DNA of 62,308 bases, counting the filler, from Sphacelaria rigidula (lineage: Eukaryota): assembly GCA_964200075.2 (NCBI GenBank). It is 9 parts of 9 records of this genome, joined end to end, with 100 filler letters (N's around TTAATTAATTAA, not from the genome) between each part and the next. Parts side by side here need not be neighbours in the genome. Positions count along the whole stretch, not along the records: positions 34,673 to 41,506 come from CAXNAA020017846.1; positions 41,607 to 48,440 come from CAXNAA020017847.1; 7 more parts are not named here. One strand, given 5' to 3'. Both the position numbers and the translations under genes were made by a program. A model generated the notes under the pieces. The model saw only the letters and a program-made list of their open reading frames with translations. It searched no databases and was not told the DNA's origin. This document shows positions 37,301 through 48,540 of this stretch, one piece after another. How positions within the stretch are numbered: the first letter of the stretch is position 1; every line of letters starts with the position of its first letter.

Positions 37301-39119
37301 TCAGCCCTTTTGAAACCCGTTGGCGATTCTTGTTTTCGTGAATCGGCATCATTTTCAGTCATTTTCAAGTCAAAATGATGCCGAGTTACGAAAACGTAAA
37401 TCGTCTGTGGGTTCCCAAGGGGTTAATATCCACGTCACCAGTGGGCCGAATCAAGTGCTCGTTTACCCGAGGTGCCTCTCTCCAAATCTCCAATCTCGAA
37501 ATTGCGGGCGCTGATTCAAAATCTGAATGAATCTTTCAAACCGTCTGGTTCATGGGTGTCTACTGGAACTGGTTTTACGGTTTGATGCTCAGAAATCGGT
37601 TCGGAAAAAGTACTGCCCCGTGAAAACGTAGTGCTTCTTTTCGACATGTGCTACCGCAACTTGTGTTTGATTTCTGCATTTGCGACCGGCACCTGACGTA
37701 AGCTACACTCTTCAAGTGTTATTTGGTATATCCAAGTTACCAATGGGTCCCTAAGGGTTAATATAATACTGTATGCAGCTGGCTTGAAGGCTTTGGGAGC
37801 GCTACGAAACAGATGTTTGTTGAGGGGGTAACATATGTGTGCAGTTTTTTTCCCCATTGATTCACGTCCATCAATCGCTACCATAACAGGGTGTTTGCAA
37901 CATCCAGTCTTTGCTCTCAGCCATTTCAGGAGTCAACTTCCCAACCATCCGGAATTAAAAATGGTCCCCGATTTTTCGAACCTATTGAATAAAATATAGG
38001 AAAATCGATTCCGAAAAAATACGGAGGTGGTGAAAACTACGGCGGTTTTCCTCCCCCGAATCAATCCGAGCCGTGCACCCAGCTGAAAGCAAGGCACATG
38101 GTCTGGTGGAGCCTGTTTGCCTGATGATTCATCAACTTCCACGAGGTACTCAGGGTTTCTCTGCAAAGAAGTCATCAATACACACTTCGAGACCGCCTTG
38201 TAGGTCGTAACCGCTGCCAACAAACCAACCCCCGCCTCGAGCTGCCGAAGAAACTTTCAGCCTGTTGGCTGGCACCGTTAGGTGTACAAAACCATAGTTG
38301 CGTAGCGCCAGCGGCGAAAGTGTACAACTATACAAGCGTTCAAGATCAATTTCAATATAGAACGGTTTGGCTGCGAAGCACTTCATTTTATTCCATCCCT
38401 GCAAGCCCATAACTATGCTGGGTTTTGGGCTGGGATGCTCCTGGTAAAAGATTCGGATAATTCCTGTTCGAAAAATGAGTGTATGACCCAGATTACCCAC
38501 TCTGGCGGTCGGAGGGACAAGCTTGTTTTTGTTCGATGCTGCATCTCTTGAACAGTGTAATTTCCCGTCAACATAAGCCGGGTATAAGAAGCTGGGAAAG
38601 GGCGAGTGTTGAGGGTCACCCGTTATTCCACGCCTTTACGGGGGCGATTTTGTGCATGCATGTCCTTGGGCTTGGGGGACGCGAAATGTGGATGCCGTGT
38701 GTGAGGGATTTTCCCGATTTGTTCACATGCACGCAGGCGACACACATCCATATATTCATTCAGTGGCGCCGAAGACCCAGCCGCTCTCAAGCATAACATT
38801 CGAGTCACGGTATGCATGGCGTATGTCCAGCTGCACACAACACATCCCTATTGCTGTTTTTTTGCGTCTCGAACTTGCCTAATGAGAATCCCATCAGCAT
38901 GACGAAAAAAATGGAACCCAGAAATATCTCCGTATATGACTACCTTCACTTCTTTGCTACACATGTTGTGCAAACCTCGACAAACCACTTCTTCGGCTTA
39001 TAGGCAGAAGAAAAGGATTTTAAAAAAAACGACGAAGAAGGTTTGTTTGACTGTGCACTCGCCAGTATGAGCTGGGCTCACCTAAAAACGGAGCCGGCCA
39101 ATAGGCCAGCGAGGACCCT

Positions 39120-39430
39120 TATAATAATAGTTATACTACAATAATGGTGACAAGAAAATGTTCACAATAATGATAATCAAGTAATGAAACTATGTTATTG
39201 ATGATCACAAAAATGAAAATGAAATTATGCTGTGGATGACAATGAATGATAGTGGTGATTATAGTCATGATCATGACAAAAATAGGAAAATGAGTGAGGA
39301 AAAACAACATATCAACAACAACAACGACAATAATTATCACTAGTTGAAGTATGGAGCAGAGAGACCTTTACACTATCAATATATAGCCGATGAATATGAT
39401 AATCAAGCAATACATTCAACATAATGATGA
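39120..39430. repeat. Degenerate AT-rich trinucleotide low-complexity tract
   Basis: (ATA/ATG/ACA)n-like repeats. Confidence 0.7.
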
Positions 39431-40661
39431 CAATTCCGACACGCCCTGTGACGTCGAAAAAAAATGGGCCCCTGATACGATATATTTCCGAAATCGACGG
39501 GCAAAACGGTGTTGCGACAGTGGCACATCCTTCAGATGAGTGCGGCAAGAGCTGATGATAAGCTTAAAACGCCCCTACCTCGAGTTTGAACATTACGGGA
39601 TGTTCACGAGTTGGTCCAAGACAACATCCAAGGATCGGCCCGGGTAGGGAAACAAAGCGAGAATCGCGAAAAAATAGAACATGGAAACAAAGAAGAAAAT
39701 AAAGGACGAAAAAGAAGGAAAAGACAACAGAAGAATGGATAGGTAAATATTTCCGTATCCCTGATGAACGTCATGGGCGGAATGGTTGAACGGCCATGGT
39801 CGAAAGTGTTTCAAGCGGTAAAACGAAGAATATTCAAGGACAATGGCCTAGAGAAGGTATATCTTCTCGTTTTTCGCCCAAGAAAGGCACGAAAACGGAC
39901 CGGGAATGCGAGAACAGCTATACACACACTCCAGACCGTTTCGGCTCCGATTTCTTCACGCACATCAATCGGGGGGCTGCTTGGCACGTGGGCCCCGAAA
40001 AAAACACACACAAGAAAAAAAAACATGTTACTCGCGATATACGACCATGCGCGAAAGGAAGTCTTGCCTCCATAAACCACTCTTCTCCAGGCCAAATACC
40101 CACCAGGTATACTTGATGCAGAAATTATTTTTCAATCATACCTTATCAAGGCCAACAGTCGGCCGAGAGAGTACCCGTCCGGGGCCATCGCTTGTTACAC
40201 AGTACCTGATACGGCGCACTGCACACGAGAACGTCCACGCCAACTCCAACCATGGCGCCCACACATTCGGCTCTTTTCCCGCTCATTTCCCGTTCACGGA
40301 CACCACAAAGATCGCATCCCTGGCATCTCGGAAATAGTTCCCGAGTCTCTCTGCATCGACACAAGAACTGGGCTCGTAACTCACAACACATCGGCCTTTT
40401 GAGTGTGCGGGGGTTATGTACTGTAACATCGTACTGTCGCGATCTCGGGGCTGGTGTCAGGGTCAAGCTAGGCTCTTCCGTCACCAGCGAACGGTGATCA
40501 CATCATCGATGGTTGGTCCAAGAAACGGATAAGAAAATTCACGCATGTATAGATGAGGACAGTCCAGAAATAGCGTTCAGCCCTACAGGGTAAGATGGGC
40601 CCAACAAAATCATCCTGGAATGAAGTTGTACCACGAGCATGGATGACCAACCGCCATCTAA

Positions 40662-41030
40662 GGTGTGTGTCGTGTGTTGTGAACGTATCTATTCTGGACG
40701 CCAGTCTGCACTTTTCGGTGTATGTGGTGGGCGCATCAGCCGAGGTCACATTGGAGGAAGTCCAACGCCGCAGTTTTTCCCATTTCATTCGTTTTCAGTT
40801 CTCTACCTTCTTTTTGCGATGCCTGCCTTTTTTTAATCGCGAGAGGGGTTTCAGCGGTCCCTTTGTCCCTTTCCCTCGTGGACCGTGCGGTCGAATTTTG
40901 GGTACCCACGACGTATTCGATATCGACTATGGGCATGGTGTAAAAAAATATCCCAGATTGTGTGATTGCATCGAATTCGAACCCACGACCCAACCGTCGA
41001 AATGTGTCGAGGTTACCAGCTGAGTCACCC
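40662..41030 (-). mobile_element. tRNA-derived SINE, full-length copy
   Basis: Minus strand begins ggtgactcagctggtaacctcg (A-box-like) ... gggttcgaattc (B box); body homologous to 46352-46710. Confidence 0.8.
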
Positions 41031-42306
41031 AATAATCCTCATTATTCGTCAGTTCTACGCAGGGTTGCATATCGGACCGAGGATAAAGTTCGATAAATAT
41101 TCTCAGAATATCGAACGCCGATACCGATTTTTTTGTCGATATCCTGGATATGACACGATACGTATCGAGTATCGATATTCGATACGATACGGCTGTTTTG
41201 GTATAGTCGCAGTGTACAAGACCGAGTAGTACACTAGCACACTGGTACCCCCCCTCACTATTGCAGGTCGCATAAGATACCACATCCCTAGACAGAGTTT
41301 TAAAGCTCACTTACTCCTTGCCAGAGGCGATGCCAGGGCTGAACTGGGCGGTGTTGCAACCATCCCGTCGAGAGAAAGGAATTAAGCTTCGAAAATCGCT
41401 ACTGATGGTGTGTTATTTTAAGCATCAGGGATGCGATCTTTGTGGTGTCCGTGAACGGGAAATGAGCGGGAAAAGAGCCGAATGTGTGGGCGCCATGGTT
41501 GGAGTTNNNNNNNNNNNNNNNNNNNNNNNNNNNNNNNNNNNNNNNNNNNNTTAATTAATTAANNNNNNNNNNNNNNNNNNNNNNNNNNNNNNNNNNNNNN
41601 NNNNNNTATCGCCACTTCCAGAGACTGCCACGGCTTTTACACTGCCTCCTGAGTGTCTAACCAGCGAGCACTCTTGCGGGGGAAATCAAACTGATGGAGT
41701 TAGTCCGCGTTTGCGTAGGAATGAAAGAAAAAAAAGAAGCGCCACAGCAAACCCTAATCAAGGTCACAACAGCACCGGAAGCAAAAATTCGAACGTGTAC
41801 AAAAGTTCGCGGGGAAGGGCAATCAGTGCACAACCGACCTGAGAGTCCACTTCCTCAGTTCCGTCCGGCTCTCGAACTTTTCCCGTCTCCTCATCAAAAA
41901 CGAGCCACCGCTTGCCGAACTCCCTGGAAGAGTGGTCGCATGCTTCTTCCCAGTACGGGCTCTCTTTGCTAGAAGGATCCAGACACCTGATCGCGCGTGA
42001 AATATTACAGGTGGGTGCAGGGTGTCGTCACGAGTTGGTCTTCCCTAGTGCAGAATTTGTATCGGGATATGTTTTGGTGAGGACAAAGTTCTTCGCGTTG
42101 GTCAGGTTTGCTGGCGTGAGTTCTGATTTTTTTGGGTGTTGGTTCTGTCTTTTCGTATCGGTTCCATTTTTGGTGCTGGTTCCGTTTGTGGTTTTGGTTC
42201 TGAAAGCGGAAGGGTGGCAACATAATTTGAAAGTACGTGCGGGTGATGCAAAAAAGAACAGAAATCATGATGAAAACGCGAAACAAACGAACGTCACCCT
42301 TGAGTA

Positions 42307-42573
42307 ATGCTGCGGTAGGAGTTGCACGTTTTGTTTCTGGGTCTTCTTTTTGTAGGAGTCTAAGCGCATGGGGCTCTCACTGTGCAACCCACATCTCCGG
42401 GGACCAGACTCGCAGAAACATGGTGTTTGCACGGACGGGACTCTTCGCGAATCGGCATCATTTTCAGTCTCATTCAAGTAAAAATGATGCCGATTCGCGA
42501 AGAGTCCCGTCCAACACCTTGAGCAGACCCGAGAAACTTTTACGCTAGACTCGTGTAACCCCTACCGTAGCAT
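42307..42573. mobile_element. MITE with the same TIR type as 27380-27636, containing a 32-bp perfect hairpin
   Basis: atgctgcggtaggagttgcacg ... cgtgtaacccctaccgtagcat; stem 42433-42464/42481-42512. Confidence 0.75.
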
Positions 42574-43084
42574 TGCTGCCTGGAGTGGCCTGGTTGCCGA
42601 GACAAACTCCTATGTCACTCGAGGGTGAAACCATGAAACACGTGGCAGTGAACGCGACAGGAACACCAAGATATCCGTGGAACACCAAGCAAAAGCGCTC
42701 GTATCTTTCACACTTGGAACCGTAGCACCCCCCCCGTTTCCCTTCTGAGGCTTGACGTGAGGCTAGTTCACCGGCATTGGGCAACAAATGTCCATGGTTG
42801 GCACGTTGTAGAAGTATCGCTAGCCCGACCCCTAACCCCAACCCAACGCATACCGATAACCCTCGGGCAACCGCGGTCAGTATCATTTCCGAAGTAAAGT
42901 GCTGCCTTAATAGATCCCAGATAGACGTCTGTGGCACCGACTTCAACGGAAACGCGTTCTGCGCACGCGAGGAGCACAAGGGACTGTCAGCTCTACTAAA
43001 GATCCGATCCTAGTTGTACACAATCAAATCAAGTCATATATGAACAATGAACATTTGTAGCCAAACGCGGTTAACTTTACTGCT

Positions 43085-43600
43085 TGACGTCGGTCGACCA
43101 ACTACGCTGTAGAACATGCCATTCCCCGCATAAGCTAGGCAACGAGTGTAATGGGGGCTTCGTCGCTTGCGTTCACTTTGCGGTAACCGTGATGATGGCC
43201 AAGTTACATCATACTGTGCGGCGTGGAGAACTTCAACTCCGCGCAAAGGGAGAGATTGTATTACGCACCATGTATATATATGGTGAGACACCCATGAGGC
43301 AGTGAAACCCGTGGCTGTCTCTGGAAATGGCGATGCAAGAAAACAAAGCAACTCATCGTAGGCTGTCCTCCGTATAAAAGATAATCGGCATCCTTCGGGC
43401 CGAACAATCTTAGCAGGTCGCAGTTCACCCTTCATGGGACTCGCCGAACACATCACGGTGCTTTGTGCTCGGTGACTGATTGCGAGCTTGGTCCGATGAA
43501 TACCCGACGTGCTCCGTCCCGGCTTTGTAGGGAGACACGGTCAATGGTCTTTTGACTACGGCATGCAAGATCCCGAGTACTCCCCCCCTCCCCTCCCCCG
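43085..43600 (+). repeat. ~500-bp dispersed repeat family; further copies 44668-45190 (+), 47295-47790 (-), 47791-47935 (-, partial) and fragments at 13871-14030, 34495-34572, 41607-41665, 45255-45335, 60340-60500
   Basis: Shared blocks cccatgaggcagt..ggctgtctctggaaatggcga, catgcgactcgccgaacacatcacggcgctt, ggctttgtagggatgcgaggtcaatggtc...gcatgcaagat..gagtacNccccc. Confidence 0.9.
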
Positions 43601-46351
43601 GCAAATGTTCAGGACAAAACGGAGATAGTTTCATGCTGGTTCTCCGATTCTTGTCCAGTTCCTACACCTCCGACCTCACATGTCGGCACCTCACCACTGG
43701 TCAACACAAGATATATCGCACAATCGGTTTGGTGCAGCAACGCCCACCTCCGTTCCAGGGAATAAAAAAACACCGCCAGTGCGTGTACCACTGCATAATG
43801 TTCGTGACACCCATCTGCATTTCAGAACGGTCCTTGATACAATTTGGATATTGATTCGGTACAACTGCCATTAGAGTAGATGATATCCCAGTAAAGTGTA
43901 CACCGATGCGCTCCAGTGGTCTGTCGGACTGATACACAAACAGCCGGTTAGGACGACGGGGTCATGGGTTTGACTTTCGTATACGTGTTGTCAAAGAATC
44001 CGGTTTGCGCCGTTAAAAAACGTGGGGATGCAAGCAGCAAAAAAAATGACGATAGTCGACGCGGTTACAGAGTGCTGACTCGATCGACGACGTCAACATA
44101 ACAGGCATGTACCAGAAGAATCGGCGGATCTTTTGAGATCATGGACTAGTCCCAACCAAGGGGAGAACTTGGAAGCATGGTGGAAAAAAAAAAAACATAA
44201 CATGCGTACGAGTGGTACACCCCGTTGCCCCCTCGGGGCTGTCTCGGCCGATTGTGAGGATTTCGCAATACTGTGCTTGAGAATACGACAGTACATACCA
44301 GCCCCCTTGAATCACTGGAGAAATCGAAGAAGGCGCAGAGCTACGATCAGATCGTCACACATAGGTCGTGGTAAGACAGAAGCATGCTTGACCTTCACCT
44401 GAGGCACCCCGCGAGTGCTGATGAAGACGATATGAAGTTATTTTTCGTGCACACCTCTCACGCTTCCCTTCCTCGCGACGACTCGCCGCCTCAAGGGATC
44501 AACTCCTCTCTGCCCCCGAACACGCAGCACACAATCTAGATATTAACCCTTGAAAACCGGCTTGATCGCTGTGCAAGTCTCGAAACAACTCTTAGACGTG
44601 AAAAATACCACGTGAGAGACGAACCACTGAAGATCACGCCCTTTCATCTCCTTTCTCGGTCGATAACCCGGTGGCGTCCGTTGGCAATGACGCTGTTAAG
44701 TACGCCACCCACTGTATAAGCTATGCAACTAGGTTATACCGGTCTTTTTCGGGCGCTTGCGTTTTTGTTTGCGGCAACCATGATGGTGGTCGAGCTAGAT
44801 TATACTGCGCGGGATGGGGGAACCTCAATTCCGTGCAAAGGGGATGATAATACCACGTAGGTTTCAAATGATGGGGCACCCATTAGGCAGTGTGAAACCC
44901 ATGGCTGTCTCTGGAAATGGCGAAATTAGAAAACGAAACAACATACCGTAGGCTGTCACATGCAAGATGATCTGTACTCTTCGGGCCGAAGAATCTTAGC
45001 AGGATGCAGTCCACTCATCATGCAACTCGCCCAACACATCACGGCGCTTCTCGCTTGACGATTGATTGCGACCGTGGTCCAGCGAAAACCTGGCGTGCTC
45101 CACCCCAGCTTTGTAGGGATGCGAGGTCAACGGTCATACGACTACGGCAGACAAGATCATGAGGGTCCTGCCCCCCCTCTCACCCCCTGATTCTTTCGTG
45201 TTGGTGATTACGAGCCTTGTCAACCAAACCCCCGGCGCGATCTATCCCTACTCGACAGGAATGTGAGGTCAGTGGTGTTATGACTGCGGCATGCAAGACG
45301 ATGAGCACACTTCCCCCCTCCCCCCTGCCCCCCTTGAAACAAAAAGCAGATCTCTTCCTCTCTTGCATTGTTATATCCAGCGTTGGACCAGGGCATTTCA
45401 ACAACCCGCCGATTGTCATCGACACAAGCTAGCGTAGTTGGCAACTCGTGCAATCGCGTTTTTGGACGACTCAGCAAAGAAAAAAAAAAATACTCTTTTT
45501 GACTACCAGCGATGGTTCGAAACAATCGAACCCACTCGAGGTGCTTCGTGGACGGATCGGTTCCACCGCCGAAGGGGCGGCAACGACTGCATGCAGCGGA
45601 GAAAATATAACACCCGCGGTTGATGAACTTTTGGGGCCCGAAAACTCATTTCTGTACGCGAGGGTGGATATCTAGGGAGTGGCATACAACATACGCCTTT
45701 GAAATGCTGCAGAAAACGAAATACGACTAAAAAATGGCCGAGAAGTCATTACCCGGTCCGAGGGTGTTATCCAGCGGGTATATAGAGTTTCTCAATGCGA
45801 TACTCTGGATATGGCGCCATGAATGTCGACAAAATCATCACTTGATCAGAGGGTGTGATTCAGGGGGTGGTATGTAACATACCTCGATGCCCTGCTCTCG
45901 ACGCTGAAATGGTGCGAATAAATGGGTGAAACGTGGTCACCTAGTGGGGTTATTCAGGCGGTGGCAAACAAAGTCCCCCGATGCAAGGTTGGTGGCACCC
46001 ATATGGCGCCAGTACCCCGATGCAACACCGTAGATACCGAAATGGTGCCGAAAATCCCGAGAAGTTATCACCCGATCAAATGGTGTTATTCAGGGGATGG
46101 TAGAAATTAAGCACACCGACGGAACCCTGCAGGTCCCAATATGGTATCGAAACCCGTCGGAATTTCCGGGACTTATATTCAGGGAGGGACGGTATACAAC
46201 GTGCGGAGGCTAGAATGAGGCATACCTGGTGATCGATTTTTATACTTGACTGATCGATTGATTGTCAAACCAATAACTGACCCGCTGCGAGCCCAGCCGT
46301 CGTCTTAACATAGACACATCTACGAAAGGTGAATGAAAACAGATGGCACTC

Positions 46352-46710
46352 GTCACGGTGGCTCAGTTGGTAACCTCGTAACCTTCTGGCGGTTGAGTTG
46401 TGGGGTTCGATTCCCGCAGCGATCTGGGATTTTTTCTCACACCATNNNNNNNNNTCAACAGTGGAGAGCGACTATGTCGTGGGCACACAAAATTCGATTT
46501 AACGGTCGACGAAGGAAAGGGACTGATGAACTCCTCTCGCGATAAAAAAGAAAAAGGCAAGCACCGCAGAAGGAAGGTGAGGTACTAAAAACAAATGAAA
46601 AAGAAAAGTTGACCTTCCTCCTGTCTGATCCCGGCTGACGCGCCCACATATCCCGAAAGGGGCAGACTGGCGCCCAGAATATATGGGATGACAACAACCA
46701 ACACGCACTC
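46352..46710 (+). mobile_element. tRNA-derived SINE, full-length copy
   Basis: A box TGGCTCAGTTGG (46359-46370), B box GGTTCGATTCC (46404-46414), tRNA-unrelated body, CAA-rich tail; three copies in three contigs. Confidence 0.85.
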
Positions 46711-48540
46711 GCGTGTAGAGGGGAAAATAACTCGATGAAAAGGCGGGGAAAATGGAAAATGAAAGCACGCCACGAAACACGGCAAAACTGGAAGAAAAGC
46801 GACAAGATGACGCAGCAATGAAGAAGAAGGAAGAGGAAACCAACAGGCGAAGGATACCCCCATCGTGGTTTGAGCAAAATAGTCCTAATGTGGTACACCC
46901 CACCATCCAAAGGCGATGCGCTCATCCTGAGGACAACAGGAACCATTGCCGCCGTGGCCACCTCTCAGGAAGTCCGTACACCAGGCCGTGTTTGCCGTCA
47001 CGTCTCCGCCACTATCTGTATCTTGCAAAACCTGATACCATTATCATGTTCCAATCGCATAGTTTCAGGGGAAAATGAAACAGGACTGTGGGTGCAGAGG
47101 CGACTTGTTTTTTCGAAAAGGGGCCGGGAGGGAGTTGCGCTCAAATTTACAATATGTACCCGTGTGTCGACTGCAACGTGGCGCTATGTGGCAGAGTAGA
47201 TTTCCACTGTATCCCTGAGCGGAGCGAGCAAGGTTTGAATCATGTGTACGGGTTCTCTTTCGAGACGGAGGAGAGGAGGGGGAGGGGAGGAGGGCGTCTA
47301 GGAGGGGGAGGTGTACTCGTGGTCTTGCATGCCGTAGTCATATGATCATTGACCTCGCATCCCTACAAAGCCGAGATGGAGAACGTCGAGTTTTCGCCGG
47401 ACCAGACTCGCAATCAACCACCAAGCGCGAAGCCCCGCCATGTGCTCGGCGAGTCGCATGAAGAGTGAGCTGCATCCCGCTGAAATTGTTTAGCCTGAAT
47501 CGTACTGATTATCTTGCAGTGGATCTACAAGCGCCTACTCCACTTTCAGAGACAGCCATCTGTTACATACTGCCTCATGGGTGTCTCACCATGTAAACAC
47601 CACCTAGAAGGATCGCCCCCTTTGCATGAAGTTCAGGTTAACCATCCCGAACAGTAACACCTCGCTCCATCATCATGATTACCGCCAAAAAAAACGAAAG
47701 GGTAAAAAACCTTGAAACCCGATTGCCTAGCTGACGCAGTGAGTGGCGTGGTTTACGGCGTCGTTGCCAACCAACGCTTACCCCAGGGGTAGGGGGGTGG
47801 GGGGGGGGGTACTCATGATCATGCATGTAATAGTCATTAGACCTTTGACCTCGCATCCCTACAAAGCCGGAACGGGGCACGCCAGGTTTTCGCCGGAACA
47901 GGCTCGCACTCAATCACCGAGCGCGAAGCGTCGAGGGGGGGGGGGGGGGGGGGGGGGGAGAAAAAAAAGGTAGGGGGTGGACGGCGGAGCCCCCAACCAC
48001 AACAACAGTGGGGGNNNNNNNNNNCGCTCAGGGTGGGGGGTTCGGGCGGGGGATGGGCGCCCTAGAGGAGGGTCGAGGGGGGGGGGGGGGGGGGGGGGGG
48101 GGGAAACTAAAAGCGCGTTATGATGTGCACGGCTGAGCCCCGTACACCAACGAGTATTGGCGAGTGAGTGAGCCACGCATATCAATTCGTACTGGAGGAT
48201 GCGTACCTCGTGCACAACAACGACTGGACAATGACAACCAAAAAACGAAACGTACCTTTTCGCAAAATTGTTGCCTGACGTAGCATGGCTTCGGCACGCG
48301 ATCATACCGTTCGTCCAGGAGAAACACCTACGTTGGCCGTGTTGTCCGCGAGTGGGGAGGGAAGGGGGGGGGGGGGGGGGGGGGTTCTCTTTTTTTGTTT
48401 TCTTTTGGGTTTGTACACTTGCCCACCCCTCCTTTTCGGGNNNNNNNNNNNNNNNNNNNNNNNNNNNNNNNNNNNNNNNNNNNNTTAATTAATTAANNNN
48501 NNNNNNNNNNNNNNNNNNNNNNNNNNNNNNNNNNNNNNNN

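Noticed and set aside
35540-38500. Possible transposase or gene remnants in contig 6
   Set aside because: Short broken frames without recognisable catalytic motifs.
41426-41506. Perfect 81-bp inverted copy of 40242-40322
   Set aside because: It is fully identical and sits exactly at the contig end, which is typical of a chimeric read or assembly artefact.
46352-46425. tRNA gene
   Set aside because: A and B boxes are present, but there is no convincing acceptor or anticodon stem, and the sequence continues into a repeated body, so it is a SINE head.
47930-48390. Long poly-G runs as G-quadruplex elements
   Set aside because: They lie next to N gaps and a contig end, where homopolymer lengths are unreliable.
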